Below are positions 39,376-50,819 of a stretch of DNA of 64,000 bases, in pieces. Within the stretch, counting starts at the first letter, position 1. Every line of letters begins with the position of its first letter. Source of the stretch: Anaerolineae bacterium. GTDB lineage: Bacteria; Chloroflexota; Anaerolineae; JAADDB01. Both the position numbers and the translations under genes were made by a program. The DNA lies in NCBI GenBank assembly GCA_015490995.1, contig WFWT01000007.1, positions 13,671 through 77,670 on the forward strand, in the 5' to 3' direction. The notes below the pieces were generated by a model that saw only the letters and a list, made by a program, of their open reading frames with translations, was not told the DNA's origin and did not search any database.

Positions 39376-40965
39376 TCACGTCAACGCGGGCAGAATAAAC
39401 CGTTCCAGGATCCACAAACTGAGCGGCGCGAGGGCCACCCACGGTGCCATGAGCCATATGGGGCGTCCGGCAGGCCATCGCGCGGCCAGGAAGAACCAGA
39501 AAGCCCCACCCCCCAGCATGAGCACGTCCCAACGGGTTAGAGGGCCCACATCGATGACGGCCATCACCAGGGCTGCCCCCGCGCCGACTGCCAGTCCCAG
39601 AGCCCACCACCGAGCGGCCCCCGGCGCGAGGAAGAGCCACAGCCCGGGCAACACCAACGCCACCAGAGGGAGCAACGCGGGGAACAGATAGCGCCCCTGG
39701 TGTTGCACGAAGGAGATGTTGTACCCCACATAGGAAATGAGCGTTGCCAGCAGGGCCGCGGACAACATGGCCAGCGTGTTATGCTGGGCAGCCGTCAAGG
39801 TGCGATACCGAGGCACACCACCCCGCAACCAACGTCCATGCCGATCCTGAAAACTGCACCAGAGGAAATAACCCATGGCGGCCAAACAGATAAGCGTGAA
39901 ATACAACAGCCCCCGGTACACCCGCTCATCCATTAATACCCCCATCCACCCGAATTGCCCCCAGAAGGAGCGAAATGTCCACACAATAGCGCGCTCCCAA
40001 TAGGCAGCCCACCCGTATTGAGCAATGTACGTGGCAGTGGTCAACTGCCCTACCACCACTTCGGCGTGGCGACGCAACCCCAGGACATCCGGCCACCCGT
40101 ATACCCAGATGTTGCGTCCGTAGAAGGGGAGAGCAATGACCAACCCTGTCCCCCCTATCAACGCGAGATCACGAGCGACCCGGCGCCAGGGAACGGCCTG
40201 AGGCAGGGGCAGGCCACGAATCAGCCCCCACACGGCCAGGGAGAAAAGCGCCGGCAGGTATACCGTTGTCTTAGTGAGCAATATGGCCCCTAAAAGCCCC
40301 CCCAACCACAGAGGACGTACCGTTGACAGGCCGAGCAATCGCCGCGCCAGCACCCACAACCACAGGGCCAACCACATCTCTGCCAGCGCGTCATTGTTCG
40401 CTCCGGCCATCATGGCCACATGTTGAGGCAAGAAGCCCACCGCAGCCACCCCGGCCAACGCCCACGAGGGGTGGCGTGGAAAGAGATCCCGAAGCAAACG
40501 GTACGTCGCGACCAGGGTGACCAAGCTCAGGGCGAGGGATAACAGGCGCATCACATACATCGCGCGTGTCATTGCGTCATAAGAAGGGGAGACAACCAAT
40601 GCCTGGGGGGCGAACAGGCGCAACAGCACCGCAGCCACAATGTAGTACAGTGGAGGCTGATGAGCCTCATAACGCACCTCGGTCACCGGCATGTCCGGGG
40701 GGAACCGATTGGCCTTAAGGGCCTCCAGGTAAGCGGCGTCGTAATCCCCCATTTGGAGCACGGGCAGGCGACCGGTTTGGGCCACGTGCCGGGCGTAATT
40801 CACGTGAGCGGGCTCATCGGGGACTTGCCAGGGCGGGGTCCGCAGCGCGTAACGTAACCCGACCACCGCGTAAAGTACCAACAACCCCACCAGCACCGGC
40901 CGCGTCCAGCGGCCAGGCCATGGGTCGGGATGGGAACGTGCCAAGGGGTAATCCGCTGTCGTCAC
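39376..40965 (-). CDS. GT-C-fold membrane glycosyltransferase (DUF2142/PMT-like)
   Basis: PDEPAH, HQPPLYY, NND, LLTK, SFWGQFGW and QGRYLFP. Confidence 0.8.
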   Translation of the reverse strand: MTTADYPLARSHPDPWPGRWTRPVLVGLLVLYAVVGLRYALRTPPWQVPDEPAHVNYARHVAQTGRLPVLQMGDYDAAYLEALKANRFPPDMPVTEVRYEAHQPPLYYIVAAVLLRLFAPQALVVSPSYDAMTRAMYVMRLLSLALSLVTLVATYRLLRDLFPRHPSWALAGVAAVGFLPQHVAMMAGANNDALAEMWLALWLWVLARRLLGLSTVRPLWLGGLLGAILLTKTTVYLPALFSLAVWGLIRGLPLPQAVPWRRVARDLALIGGTGLVIALPFYGRNIWVYGWPDVLGLRRHAEVVVGQLTTATYIAQYGWAAYWERAIVWTFRSFWGQFGWMGVLMDERVYRGLLYFTLICLAAMGYFLWCSFQDRHGRWLRGGVPRYRTLTAAQHNTLAMLSAALLATLISYVGYNISFVQHQGRYLFPALLPLVALVLPGLWLFLAPGAARWWALGLAVGAGAALVMAVIDVGPLTRWDVLMLGGGAFWFFLAARWPAGRPIWLMAPWVALAPLSLWILERFILPALT

Positions 40966-41043
40966 GGCGACCTCGTAAGCGTCACGGAATCGGTCTGGCC
41001 GGACGGCCAGAATACCGTTGGGGAAACGCCCCCAACCACGTCC

Positions 41044-42822
41044 TTAAGCTTCCACCTGCTCGGCCTGACGTAGCATGCGCTCCACTTCCTCCTCCGCTAC
41101 CGCGGGATCCAGCTTGCGGAAGAGCGGCTGAGGTGGACGCAATTTTTGCCCCGGCGGCAGGGTACCCGGCTCCCAGCGAATGGGAATGTCCGAACCGTCA
41201 TAGCGCAACACCAGGTGCCTCTTTTGCGTTTCTTGGATCTCCTCTGTCCACTGGCGCCCCATAATGTTGCCCTCGTATCCCAGGTACTCGTGCAAGCGTT
41301 GGCTGGAGAAGGGCAGGAAGGGCGCAAACAACACCTTCAGGCGGTCCACCACCTGCAAGGCGACGTACATGGTGGTAGCAGCAGCGTCGCGATCGTGTTT
41401 GATCTGCTTCCAGGGTTCCTTTTCGTTAAGGTACTTGTTGGCCTGCTCGGCCAGCGTCCGTACCTCGCGCAATGCAGCTCGTAGCTGGACCGCATCGATG
41501 AGTCGGCCGACCTTGTCAAACGCCTCCGCCGACGCCTCCAACAACGCCTGGTCCTGGTCATCTAACGGACCGGGCCGGGGCACAGTCCCGTCAAAGTGCT
41601 TATACGTGAAAGACAGCACTCGATGCGCCAAGTTTCCCCAGGTGGCTACCAGTTCATCGTTGTTGCGACGTACAAATTCCTCCCAAGTAAAGTTGACATC
41701 GGCCGTCTCCGGCATAATGGCGGTCAGTGTGTACCGCCAAGGATCCGGATCGTAGCGCTCCAGCACGTCCAACACCTCAATGACCCAACGACGACTCTTG
41801 GACAGCTGCCGCCCCTCCACGTTCAAGTACTCGTTCGCTGGCACATCGTAAGGCAGGTTTAACCCCCCGTACCCAATAAGCATCCCCGGCCAGATGATGG
41901 TGTGGAAGGGAATGTTATCCTTACCGATGAAGTAATACGTGCGGGCCGCCGGATCCTGCCACCATTGCTTCCAGGCCTCAGGCTGACCGGTGATCTCGCT
42001 CCACTCAAGGGTGGCAGAGTAATACCCGATCACCGCTTCATACCACACGTAGATGCGCTTATGTTCGTACCCGGACACCGGCACGGTGATCCCCCAGGCG
42101 ATATCCCGCGTGATGGGCCGACCGCGCAATTCCCCACTTTCCAGCTGAGCGCGGGTGTAATTCAGGACCTTAGGACGCCAGTGCTCCTTGTCCTCCTGAA
42201 TCCACGCCAGCAAGGGGGCATTCAACTTGGCCAGATCAAGGAAAAAGTGCTCTGTATCGCGAATCTCCAACGCCGTCCCACCACAAATACGACAGCGAGG
42301 CGACTTCAACTCAATGGCATCAAGTATGCGCCCACAATTGTCGCACTGATCGCCCCGGGCCTCCGGAAAGCCGCAGTATGGACAGGTGCCCTCCACGTAG
42401 CGATCGGCCAAAAACTGCTGGTCCGTGAGACAGAACCACTGGCGCATTGTATCCTTGTAGATGTAGCCCTTCTGCAGGTGGGTGAGGAAGAAATCTTGAC
42501 TCACTCGCCAATGGTTCTCGGTGTCCGTTTCCGTGTACAGGTCAAAGGAAATGCCCAACTCCTGCCAGAGGCGAATAATGCGCGGGTGATACCGGTCCAC
42601 CACCTCCCGGGGGGTGATCCCCTCCTCCTCCGCCCGGACGGTGATGGGCGTGCCGTGGGTGTCGGAGCCGGAAATCATGAGCACGTTATGCCCCCGCAGG
42701 CGCTGATATCGGGCGAAAATATCCGCACCCAGATACGCCCCCGCAATGTGACCAATGTGGAGGTCGCCATTGCAGTAAGGCCATGCCGTGGTCACCAAGA
42801 TGTTCAACCGTTCGTCACTCAT
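41044..42822 (-). CDS. metG: Methionine--tRNA ligase
   Basis: [12 protein letters not shown], Zn knuckles, GKDNIPFH and QLSKS. Confidence 0.97.
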   Translation of the reverse strand: MSDERLNILVTTAWPYCNGDLHIGHIAGAYLGADIFARYQRLRGHNVLMISGSDTHGTPITVRAEEEGITPREVVDRYHPRIIRLWQELGISFDLYTETDTENHWRVSQDFFLTHLQKGYIYKDTMRQWFCLTDQQFLADRYVEGTCPYCGFPEARGDQCDNCGRILDAIELKSPRCRICGGTALEIRDTEHFFLDLAKLNAPLLAWIQEDKEHWRPKVLNYTRAQLESGELRGRPITRDIAWGITVPVSGYEHKRIYVWYEAVIGYYSATLEWSEITGQPEAWKQWWQDPAARTYYFIGKDNIPFHTIIWPGMLIGYGGLNLPYDVPANEYLNVEGRQLSKSRRWVIEVLDVLERYDPDPWRYTLTAIMPETADVNFTWEEFVRRNNDELVATWGNLAHRVLSFTYKHFDGTVPRPGPLDDQDQALLEASAEAFDKVGRLIDAVQLRAALREVRTLAEQANKYLNEKEPWKQIKHDRDAAATTMYVALQVVDRLKVLFAPFLPFSSQRLHEYLGYEGNIMGRQWTEEIQETQKRHLVLRYDGSDIPIRWEPGTLPPGQKLRPPQPLFRKLDPAVAEEEVERMLRQAEQVEA

Positions 42823-43049
42823 CAGGACCTCCTAAACCCCCTGTACACGCGTTAACATAACCTCCTTACATTCGGGATACCCCGATCCACCTTCGCGCAG
42901 GCACTGCCCGTTGCACGCGACATTATAACGCAGAACCCCTCCCTTGCCCACATAAATAGTTGCCACAGAACCCTCCTCTGCTGTAGGCGGAGCTCACTCT
43001 CAGGCGAACGGGCAAGGCTATGGGGACGCCATCGTCACCCCTCGCAGTG

Positions 43050-43094
43050 AAAAGAAAGCCTGTGAGGGACGTTCCAAGGTTTACCTCACAGGCT
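43050..43094 (-). terminator. Intrinsic terminator after the metallo-hydrolase gene
   Basis: AGCCTGTGAGG/CCTCACAGGCT stem followed by TTCTTTT on the minus strand. Confidence 0.7.
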
Positions 43095-43142
43095 CTCCAG
43101 CGCGTGACACCGGGGCCAAAACGCGGTGATACCCATACCGCT

Positions 43143-43826
43143 TCAAAACTCGTAACTTCCCTCCACCTCCAACACTACGCAGCGGGCGTCGGTTTCCGCC
43201 TCCACCCGAGCCTTAAACGCATGAGGGTCCTGCTCAATAAGCGGCCAGGTATTATAGTGGGCAGGAATCACCACGCGAGGCCGGATGAACTTCACCGCTT
43301 TCAGCGCGTCCTCAGGTCCCATGGTGAAGTTGTCCCCGATGGGAAGAATCGCCACGTCCACCTGCTCGTCGGCCAGGAGGGTCATATCGTACGTGAGCGC
43401 GGTATCCCCAGCGAAGTACACCTTTTTGCCGTTGTTGAAGGTGATGAGAAAGCCACCGGGATTGCCACCGTACGATCCGTCGGGGAGACCGGAGCCGTGG
43501 TGAGCAATGGTCATCTTTACCCGGCCAAAGGGAAACCGGTAACTGCCCCCGATGTGAAGGGGATGCGCGTTCTGAACCCCCTGGTTCTGGAGCCAGGTAA
43601 CGATCTCGAAGTTACTGATCACCGTGGCGCCGGTCTTCTTGGCAATGTAAGCCGCATCCCCGATGTGGTCGGCGTGACCATGGGAAACAAGAATGTAATG
43701 GGGGGTCACGTCATCCTTGCTGATCTTCGCGGCCGGGTTGCCGTCAAAGAAAGGGTCAATGAGCAAGGTCACATCATCGTGTTCCACCGAAAAGGTCAAA
43801 TGCCCATGCCAGATCACCTTGGTCAT
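43143..43826 (-). CDS. UPF0173 metal-dependent hydrolase (MBL fold)
   Basis: SHGHADHIGD, AGDT, LPIGDNFTM and PAHYNTW. Confidence 0.9.
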   Translation of the reverse strand: MTKVIWHGHLTFSVEHDDVTLLIDPFFDGNPAAKISKDDVTPHYILVSHGHADHIGDAAYIAKKTGATVISNFEIVTWLQNQGVQNAHPLHIGGSYRFPFGRVKMTIAHHGSGLPDGSYGGNPGGFLITFNNGKKVYFAGDTALTYDMTLLADEQVDVAILPIGDNFTMGPEDALKAVKFIRPRVVIPAHYNTWPLIEQDPHAFKARVEAETDARCVVLEVEGSYEF

Positions 43827-43921
43827 GATGGCACCTCCTTTTTCAGGATGCCTTGGCCAATCACGGGCAAGAGGGCACGCCGGGGTGTACGGGCCGATGT
43901 GCCCCATGCCGAGAGCCCTGC

Positions 43922-44389
43922 CTAAACTGCCGCTCCGCGCCCCGTGCCGTTAAAGGTCATGGCAATCCAGTCGCCAATAAGCCAGTACCGAAAGTCCTCC
44001 CCTCGACTGCAGGCAACGGCAGCCATGACGCCGTACACGAGGGATGCCAGGGGAATAAGGGCCAGAAAGCAGAGCAGCGGCAACAGAAAGAAACCAATAA
44101 TAAACATGGCCAGCACGGACACCACCAAGGTCATGAAAACAGCAAGCGCCCCGACACCCAACCAGGTGACGAGCTGAAATACCAGGGCCTGCAACGCGTG
44201 AAACGCCACATACCGGGAACGTTCCCGGTACACCACAAAGATGACCAGCGCGGCGAGGGGACCTCCGATCAGCGTGACCAGGTTTAACAAGATGGTCAGG
44301 TGGGCTAGCATGGCCCACTGACGCTCTTCAGGTGAAGGCGCTTCCGGTATCGAGACAGGCGTGGCGTGCTTCTCCTCATTCATGGGCAT
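43922..44389 (-). CDS. DUF4870 membrane protein
   Basis: ERQWAMLAHL, FHALQAL and GEDFRY. Confidence 0.85.
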   Translation of the reverse strand: MPMNEEKHATPVSIPEAPSPEERQWAMLAHLTILLNLVTLIGGPLAALVIFVVYRERSRYVAFHALQALVFQLVTWLGVGALAVFMTLVVSVLAMFIIGFFLLPLLCFLALIPLASLVYGVMAAVACSRGEDFRYWLIGDWIAMTFNGTGRGAAV

Positions 44390-44505
44390 CTTCTCCCCCA
44401 CACGATGACAAACGCCGCGTTTTCCTCATTAAGTCTGGCGTGCCCCCGGTGTGCCACCGTTTCAGACAATCGACCCCGCTCCACACAAGGGAGCCATCCA
44501 GATAC

Positions 44506-45174
44506 TTATGAGGTCTCCCCGTCTTGGGCCTCTGCCTTCTGAGAAGCCGCCTTCTTCTTGGCCGCCAGTGCCTTACGGGCTGCAGCGGCCTTAGCACGAG
44601 CTTCTTTCTTTTTGCGTTCCTCTTCGCGACGCTTCTCCTCTTCGGCCCAGGCAGTGGGGTATAACTGTGCGTAATAACTCGCCGGTACGCTCAACTCATC
44701 CTTGTTCAACACCAAGTCCGGAAACCGACGGTACACCGCGATCTCGTAATCGTGATTCATCTTGATCGCATCAAAGGGACAGAACTCGGCACAGAACCCG
44801 CAGCCCATACAGATGGAAATATCGATGTAGAACTCAGCAGGCCGGGGGATAGGCTTTCCCTTTTCGTCTTCTTCCCGCAAGATCCAAATGCACTGGGGAG
44901 GACACACTTTCGCACAGATACCACACGAGGTGCACCGGTCCTCCCCTGTGGTATCGTCAAAGATCAGCATGGGGATGTACCGGAAGTTTTCTGGTAATAC
45001 CCGCTTCTCCTCGGGGTACTGGATGGTGAAGATGCCCCGTTCTTCCACCGGTTGTTTAATTAACCGGCGGTCATATGCGTACCGGCTGGGAATGCGTTTG
45101 ACATCGTCGATGTATGTCTCCAGCAGGTGCCGGGCAGTAATGCCCAGACCTCGCAGAATGCCCTTGCCAAACAT
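44506..45174 (-). CDS. nuoI: NADH-quinone oxidoreductase subunit I
   Basis: TIQYPEE and two CxxCxxCxxxCP motifs. Confidence 0.9.
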   Translation of the reverse strand: MFGKGILRGLGITARHLLETYIDDVKRIPSRYAYDRRLIKQPVEERGIFTIQYPEEKRVLPENFRYIPMLIFDDTTGEDRCTSCGICAKVCPPQCIWILREEDEKGKPIPRPAEFYIDISICMGCGFCAEFCPFDAIKMNHDYEIAVYRRFPDLVLNKDELSVPASYYAQLYPTAWAEEEKRREEERKKKEARAKAAAARKALAAKKKAASQKAEAQDGETS

Positions 45175-45193
45175 CGTGCCCCCCCTCGGTATC

Positions 45194-46969
45194 CTACCTA
45201 TCCGTTTCGCCCAACACGATATCAATGCTGCCCAACACCGCTACCGCGTCCGCCACTTTGTACCCCACGCACATGGGACCCAAGGCCGTGAGGTTGATAA
45301 AGGACGGCGCCCGCACGTGATACCGATACGGGTTAGGCGAGCCATCGCTCACCAGGTAAAACCCTAGCTCTCCTTTCGGGGCCTCAATGCGCTGGTACAC
45401 CTCCCCTGGCGGCACGCGGAAGCTGTACTTCTGCTTACCAGGCGGCATCACCGGTCCCTCGGGAATGTCCCGCAATGCCTGTTTGAGAATCCGCACACTC
45501 TCGCGCATCTCGCGAATGCGCACCATGTAGCGCGCGTAGACATCTCCCCCTTCCTCGGTGACCACGTCGAAATCGAACCTGTCGTAGATACTGTACGGTT
45601 CGGCCTTTCGCACATCATATGGCACGCCGGACCCGCGCAGGACCGGACCTGAGGTGCTGTACGCGATCGCGTCCTCTGGGGAGAGATAACCTACCCCCTT
45701 GGTGCGGGCCAGGAGAATTTCGTTCTCCGAAAGGTATCGGTCCAGCTCGTCAATGGCCCGGGGCAAGCGCTCGTTTACCAACTTACGGGCCTGGTCCAAC
45801 CACCCTTCAGGCACGTCACGGGCCACACCGCCGGGGCGCATGTAGTTGCACATCATGCGCGCGCCGGAGGCAGCCTCAAACAGGTCCAAGATCAACTCCC
45901 GTTCCTCAATCGCGTACAGGGCAGGTGTGAAGAAGGCCCCCAGGTCGTTCAAAAGGAACCCAATGGCCCACATGTGGTTCACAATGCGGGTGAATTCCGC
46001 CATGATCACGCGCAAATAATGTGCCCGTTCAGGCACTTCCACATCGCCCAGGAGCTTTTCCACCGCCAGGACATACCCCAGGTTGTTGCTCATGGAACAG
46101 ATGTAATCCAGACGGTCGGTGTAAGGGATGTTCATCAAGTACGTGTTGCGCTCCCCGATCTTCTCGTGATTGCGGTGGAGGTAGCCCATCTCAGGTTCCA
46201 GCCCGACGATGGTTTCCCCCTCCAGGGCGATGACCATGCGAAAGACACCATGGGTCGAGGGATGCTGAGGCCCCATGTTCACGATGATGCGGTCGGTCTT
46301 GAGACCTTCCAGCTCGCGGTAAAGGTCCAGTCCAAAGTGATAGGTGATCTCCGGCGGCTGCCAGGTATCGGGGGCAAAGTCGGTCGGATACACCACATTG
46401 TCCTGCCAGATGGCCCGTTCCTCCTGCCAGGGCAACCGCATCTTCTCACGCGGATAGTCCCCCTTCGGCCAACGGGAGCCAAAGGGCTTTTTCTCTTCTT
46501 CGTAATACGCTTCCTTCCAATCCTTGCGCAGCGGGTGACCGTGGAACCCTTCCCAGAGCAGAATGCGCCGCAGATTTGGATGACCGGGAAAACGAATGCC
46601 GAACAGGTCCCAGATCTCACGCTCCTGGAAGTCCGCCCCCGGCCAAATGGACACCACCGAGGGCACTTCGGGGTCCTCTTCCGGGGCTCGTACCTTGATA
46701 ACTAAAGGACCACCGCCTCGTTGGATGGAATACAAATGATAAACCACCTCAAAGCGCTCGACATCCTTGCGCTTGGGGTGGGTTAAATTATCCACACCGG
46801 TGACGCTGGAGAGGTAATCATAACCTTCTTTGTCCCGCAAATAACGGGCCAACTCCGGCCACTTTTCCCGGGCGACGATCAGGGTCTCGCCATCCTGGCC
46901 GATGACCGCGCCCGGCACCACGTCGTTGTACGGCAACGTGCTGTCCACGGCAGGCATTGTCTCGCTCAT
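45194..46969 (-). CDS. nuoCD: NADH-quinone oxidoreductase subunit C/D fusion
   Basis: [38 protein letters not shown] and [12 protein letters not shown]. Confidence 0.95.
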   Translation of the reverse strand: MSETMPAVDSTLPYNDVVPGAVIGQDGETLIVAREKWPELARYLRDKEGYDYLSSVTGVDNLTHPKRKDVERFEVVYHLYSIQRGGGPLVIKVRAPEEDPEVPSVVSIWPGADFQEREIWDLFGIRFPGHPNLRRILLWEGFHGHPLRKDWKEAYYEEEKKPFGSRWPKGDYPREKMRLPWQEERAIWQDNVVYPTDFAPDTWQPPEITYHFGLDLYRELEGLKTDRIIVNMGPQHPSTHGVFRMVIALEGETIVGLEPEMGYLHRNHEKIGERNTYLMNIPYTDRLDYICSMSNNLGYVLAVEKLLGDVEVPERAHYLRVIMAEFTRIVNHMWAIGFLLNDLGAFFTPALYAIEERELILDLFEAASGARMMCNYMRPGGVARDVPEGWLDQARKLVNERLPRAIDELDRYLSENEILLARTKGVGYLSPEDAIAYSTSGPVLRGSGVPYDVRKAEPYSIYDRFDFDVVTEEGGDVYARYMVRIREMRESVRILKQALRDIPEGPVMPPGKQKYSFRVPPGEVYQRIEAPKGELGFYLVSDGSPNPYRYHVRAPSFINLTALGPMCVGYKVADAVAVLGSIDIVLGETDR

Positions 46970-46984
46970 GGGGCCGTCCCCCTT

Positions 46985-47623
46985 TCACGCTTCGGAGCTC
47001 TCATCGCGAGCCGCAGCTAACTCGCGCACGCGCGCCTTGATGTCATCCTTACGCCGCACGTCAAAGATATCGGGCCCCAACACCGGCACCGGAATATCAT
47101 CCCGCCCCTCCCGGTACCAGGGCACGGTCTTGATGGACTGGCGCAGGATCTTCTCCCGCAGGCGCATCATGCCGTACAGCAACGCTTCCGGTGTCGGCGG
47201 ACACCCGGGAATGTACACATCCACCGGGATGAATTTATCGATGCCTGAAACCACGTTGTACCCCTCCTTGAAGGGTCCGCCGGCGGTCGCGCAGGAGCCC
47301 ATGGCGACCACATAACGCGGTTGGGGCATCTGGTTGTAAAGGCGTACAATCTGGGGCACCATCTTTTTGGTCACCGTGCCCGAGACGATCATCACATCGG
47401 CCTGTCGGGGAGAAGGCCGCATGACCTCCATGCCGAAGCGGGCCATATCGTACCGGGACGCGGCTGTAGCGATCATCTCGATGGCGCAACAGGCCAGGCC
47501 GAACATCATCGGCCAGAGGGAGGAACCGCGCGACCAGTTATAGATGGTATCCAGCGTGGTAAAAAAGACGTTGCGTTGCAGCTCGGGTGGTACTTCGTTG
47601 TACTCGTGGTCCGCCATACGCAT
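46985..47623 (-). CDS. nuoB: NADH-quinone oxidoreductase subunit B
   Basis: [20 protein letters not shown] and PGCPP. Confidence 0.95.
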   Translation of the reverse strand: MRMADHEYNEVPPELQRNVFFTTLDTIYNWSRGSSLWPMMFGLACCAIEMIATAASRYDMARFGMEVMRPSPRQADVMIVSGTVTKKMVPQIVRLYNQMPQPRYVVAMGSCATAGGPFKEGYNVVSGIDKFIPVDVYIPGCPPTPEALLYGMMRLREKILRQSIKTVPWYREGRDDIPVPVLGPDIFDVRRKDDIKARVRELAAARDESSEA

Positions 47624-47727
47624 ACCCTCCTCCACGCCGTGTGGGCCAACGCCCCACCCTGTGAGCACACCCGACCGTGTCAACAAGCCTCACCGATCAC
47701 ACGACTGACAACACACGACTGTAAGGG

Positions 47728-47756
47728 ATTCTACTGCAAGCTCGGACGGGTGACAA
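47728..47756 (-). promoter_or_regulatory. Promoter for nuoB-CD-I
   Basis: TTGTCA-N17-TAGAAT on the minus strand. Confidence 0.6.
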
Positions 47757-47825
47757 ACCACTTCCTCCCCGCGGCTCTGCCGTGGGGCTGTGAGGAGATG
47801 AACGGACGCCTATCGAACAAACGAT

Positions 47826-48314
47826 TCAGGAAGAGGACGCGGCCTGCAATTCCTGTAACTTGGCGAGCACGGCTTCCGCGTGCCCCTGCACTTTAACTCG
47901 AGGCCACACCCAGGCGATTTTGCCTTCAGGATCAATGAGGAAAGTGGTGCGCACCACTCCCCACGACTCCCGGCCGTACAAGCGTTTTTTCTGCCACACG
48001 CCGTACCGCGTCAACACCTCACGTTCCGGGTCGCTGAGGAGGCGAACACGCAGGTGGTGTTTCTGGGCAAAGTTGCGGTGGCTGCGCGGCGAATCCGGGC
48101 TCACGCCCAGCACCACGGCGTTATGGGCAGCAAACGCGTCCAGGTGCCGAGTGAAATCTACCGCTTCCCGGGTGCAACCGCTGGTGTTGTCCCGAGGGTA
48201 AAAGTACAGCACCACCCATTGCCCGCGCAGATGGTGCAGGCACACCTCTTCCTCGTTCTGATCGGGCAGACAGAAGTCCGGCGCGAGATCGCCCACCGAG
48301 GGCAGCGCGCTCAT
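47826..48314 (-). CDS. bcp: Peroxiredoxin Bcp/PrxQ
   Basis: YFYPRDNTSGCTREA and RTTFLID. Confidence 0.92.
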   Translation of the reverse strand: MSALPSVGDLAPDFCLPDQNEEEVCLHHLRGQWVVLYFYPRDNTSGCTREAVDFTRHLDAFAAHNAVVLGVSPDSPRSHRNFAQKHHLRVRLLSDPEREVLTRYGVWQKKRLYGRESWGVVRTTFLIDPEGKIAWVWPRVKVQGHAEAVLAKLQELQAASSS

Positions 48315-48370
48315 ACCCTCCTCCTTGCGACTGTTCTACAGGCGCGGCTGCTTCCCGGCGCTCACGACGG

Positions 48371-49150
48371 CTATCGGAACCGCCGCCGCCGTCGCGAGCG
48401 CCGGGGACGAACCGGTGCCTGTTCCTGATTTTCCAATTCCGATTTAGGCCGAATGGTCACCTTACGCCGGGGCTCCTCCCCTACGCTCACCGTGTACACC
48501 TTGGGGTGATCCCGCAAGGCCAGGTGAATGATGCGTCGTTCGGCCGGGGGCATGGCCTCCAGCACGACCGGGCGGCCCGTACGGGCCACCTGTTCGGCCA
48601 TGCGCACCGCTAGGCGTCGCAGGCTCTCTTCCCTACGCTGACGGTAGTGTTCCACGTCCACAACGATGTTCAACCATCGGTGCACACGCTGGTTAACAAT
48701 AGCACGAATCAGGTACTGGAGTGCCCCCAGGGTCTCCGCCTGACGCCCGATTAACAGGCCCAGGTCTCGCCCCTCGATGTTCAGCACAAGTGGGCGCTTC
48801 TCACCGCCCGACGCATCCCCCCAGTACGCTTCCACCCGGGCCTCGAAACCAAGCCGTTGCAGGATGCCTTGCAGCATCTCGGCCGCGAACTGTTCCACCT
48901 GATCCCCAGGTGCAGAGGGAATCCCAACCGTATCGTCACCGGGAGGGAGAACCGTGGAGCTCGCCGATGTCCGCACGGTCAGGCGGACCCGTGCCGGGCG
49001 GGCGCCAATGCCCCAAAGGCCACGGCTTCCCCGGTCTAAGATCTCTACCTCAACGTCCTCCTTTCGCACGCCCAGTTCCCGGAGGCCACGTTCAATGGCC
49101 TCCTCCACCGTCGCTCCTTCAAACTCATGACGGGTTTCCTGTCCGTTCAT
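48371..49150 (-). CDS. jag: RNA-binding protein Jag/EloR (KhpB)
   Basis: TVEEAI Jag_N, KH GLLIGR and R3H ERRIIH. Confidence 0.93.
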   Translation of the reverse strand: MNGQETRHEFEGATVEEAIERGLRELGVRKEDVEVEILDRGSRGLWGIGARPARVRLTVRTSASSTVLPPGDDTVGIPSAPGDQVEQFAAEMLQGILQRLGFEARVEAYWGDASGGEKRPLVLNIEGRDLGLLIGRQAETLGALQYLIRAIVNQRVHRWLNIVVDVEHYRQRREESLRRLAVRMAEQVARTGRPVVLEAMPPAERRIIHLALRDHPKVYTVSVGEEPRRKVTIRPKSELENQEQAPVRPRRSRRRRRFR

Positions 49151-49240
49151 CGTTGTATTCTCCCACCTTGCCCCATCTCCGAGGTCTCCCGACCGCCTGG
49201 TCCTCCTGTGCGGTGGGAGTGTGCGTTCTGGCGCTATGTG

Positions 49241-50125
49241 TTATCGCTTCTTCCGTCGGCGTTTGCGCGACTTACGCTTCACGTCACTGCTGCCCCCATC
49301 TGTGCCCTTTTCACGGGGCTCCGGCGTACTCCCTTCACCCACAGGGCTATTGCCACCGGTGCTCGTGCCTGCAGCAGCCGTCGCCGGTGCCAGGCTCACC
49401 TGACCGACGTAGCGGTTAACGTAAAGCTGTTGGAAAATGCCCAACACGTTGGACGTGACCCAGTAAAGGGTCAGGCCTGCGGGCACCGTGAGGGTGATGT
49501 AGAAAAACAGCACGCTCATAATCCACATCATCTGGTTCATCATTTGGGCCTGCGGGTTATCACTGGCGGGAGTTTGGGCCGTCGCCAGCTTCTGCGTCAG
49601 GACCTGGGTTACGGCCAGCAACACAGGCAGGACCAGATAACGCAACGCCATGTCCCAGCCGACGGATGGGGGCAGTGGCCACAACCAGGAGAGGCCCTGC
49701 TCAATGTCGGGGAAGGCGAGATCGGGAATCCAGAAGAAACCCTGGTTGACCAGCCGACCGGTATCCGCCAAGTCCCGAATCGCGTAGTAAAACCCCAACA
49801 AAATAGGAAATTGCACCAAAAGGGGCAAACACCCTCCCCATGGAGTGACGCCGTGCTCCTGATACAGGCGCTGTTGCTCCATGAGGAGCTTTTGCTGGTC
49901 GTTTTTGTACTTCTTTTTGAGGGCCTCCACCTGCGGCTGCAATTCCTGCATCTTCTTCATGTTGGCCATGGATTTGACGGTCAGGGGTAACATAAGCAGC
50001 CGCAGGAACACGGTGACCCCAATGATGGCAAAGCCGTACGCGTAAGGCAGGCCCACACCGGTAAACAGGCCGTAAAACAACTCCAGCAAGAAAATCAGCG
50101 GCTTAACGAAGATCGTGTAAAACAT
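49241..50125 (-). CDS. yidC: Membrane protein insertase YidC
   Basis: GCLPLLVQFPI and PAGLTLYW. Confidence 0.95.
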   Translation of the reverse strand: MFYTIFVKPLIFLLELFYGLFTGVGLPYAYGFAIIGVTVFLRLLMLPLTVKSMANMKKMQELQPQVEALKKKYKNDQQKLLMEQQRLYQEHGVTPWGGCLPLLVQFPILLGFYYAIRDLADTGRLVNQGFFWIPDLAFPDIEQGLSWLWPLPPSVGWDMALRYLVLPVLLAVTQVLTQKLATAQTPASDNPQAQMMNQMMWIMSVLFFYITLTVPAGLTLYWVTSNVLGIFQQLYVNRYVGQVSLAPATAAAGTSTGGNSPVGEGSTPEPREKGTDGGSSDVKRKSRKRRRKKR

Positions 50126-50163
50126 CGTCCGGCGACTCCGTTTCTGTTAAAGAATGAGGGGGC

Positions 50164-50373
50164 TCAGGGCACCGGGTCATACCCCCCGGGGTGGAACGGA
50201 TGGCAACGGGCCACGCGCTTAACACCCAACCACGTCCCCTTTAACACACCGTACTTCTCAATGGCCTCATAGGTGTACTGCGAACAGGTAGGGGTGTAAC
50301 GACAGCTGGGCGGGAACATAGGTGAAACAAACCGTTGATAGAACCGGAGCACGGCCAGCACAATACCTTTCAC
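50164..50373 (-). CDS. yidD: Membrane protein insertion efficiency factor YidD
   Basis: [10 protein letters not shown] and [17 protein letters not shown] start overlaps the rnpA stop. Confidence 0.92.
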   Translation of the reverse strand: MKGIVLAVLRFYQRFVSPMFPPSCRYTPTCSQYTYEAIEKYGVLKGTWLGVKRVARCHPFHPGGYDPVP

Positions 50374-50786
50374 CTTCTCTTTCCCCCACCGTTCACGTTC
50401 ACATGTTGTGGTGTTTTCGGCTCGGCCATAGCTGTCGACGGGCCTGGCTCGGACACCCACAGGTCGGCCTGGCGGAGCAAGGACTCCACCGCGGACACCA
50501 ATTCCGCGTGGGATGCCTGCACAATGGGTCGACGGGCAATCCATACAAGATCGTACCCGGGCCGGATGTTATTTTGCCGCTGGCGCACAATTTCGCGCAA
50601 ACGTCGTTTTGCGCGGTTACGTACCGTGGCTTTGCCTATCCGACGGCTCACCGAAAAGCCAAACCGACTGAAAGGCAGCCCATTGGGGAGCACGCACAAC
50701 ACACAAAGGGGGTGAGCCCAGCACCGGCCCTCCCCCCGTACTTGCTGAAAACGTCGGTGGTCACGCAACCGGTACTTGCGCTTCAC
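50370..50786 (-). CDS. rnpA: Ribonuclease P protein component
   Basis: [25 protein letters not shown]. Confidence 0.95.
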   Translation of the reverse strand: MKRKYRLRDHRRFQQVRGEGRCWAHPLCVLCVLPNGLPFSRFGFSVSRRIGKATVRNRAKRRLREIVRQRQNNIRPGYDLVWIARRPIVQASHAELVSAVESLLRQADLWVSEPGPSTAMAEPKTPQHVNVNGGGKRR

Positions 50787-50819
50787 CGGTCAGCTGGCCC
50801 GCCCCATGCACCTGGAACC

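Noticed and set aside
42861..42874. CCTCCTTACATTCG also present near 12570
   Set aside because: The contexts and orientations relative to genes are unrelated, and part of it is just an SD complement; likely chance
45194..47623. Group 4 NiFe hydrogenase
   Set aside because: The large subunit lacks both CxxC Ni-binding motifs and has complex I signatures ([15 protein letters not shown])
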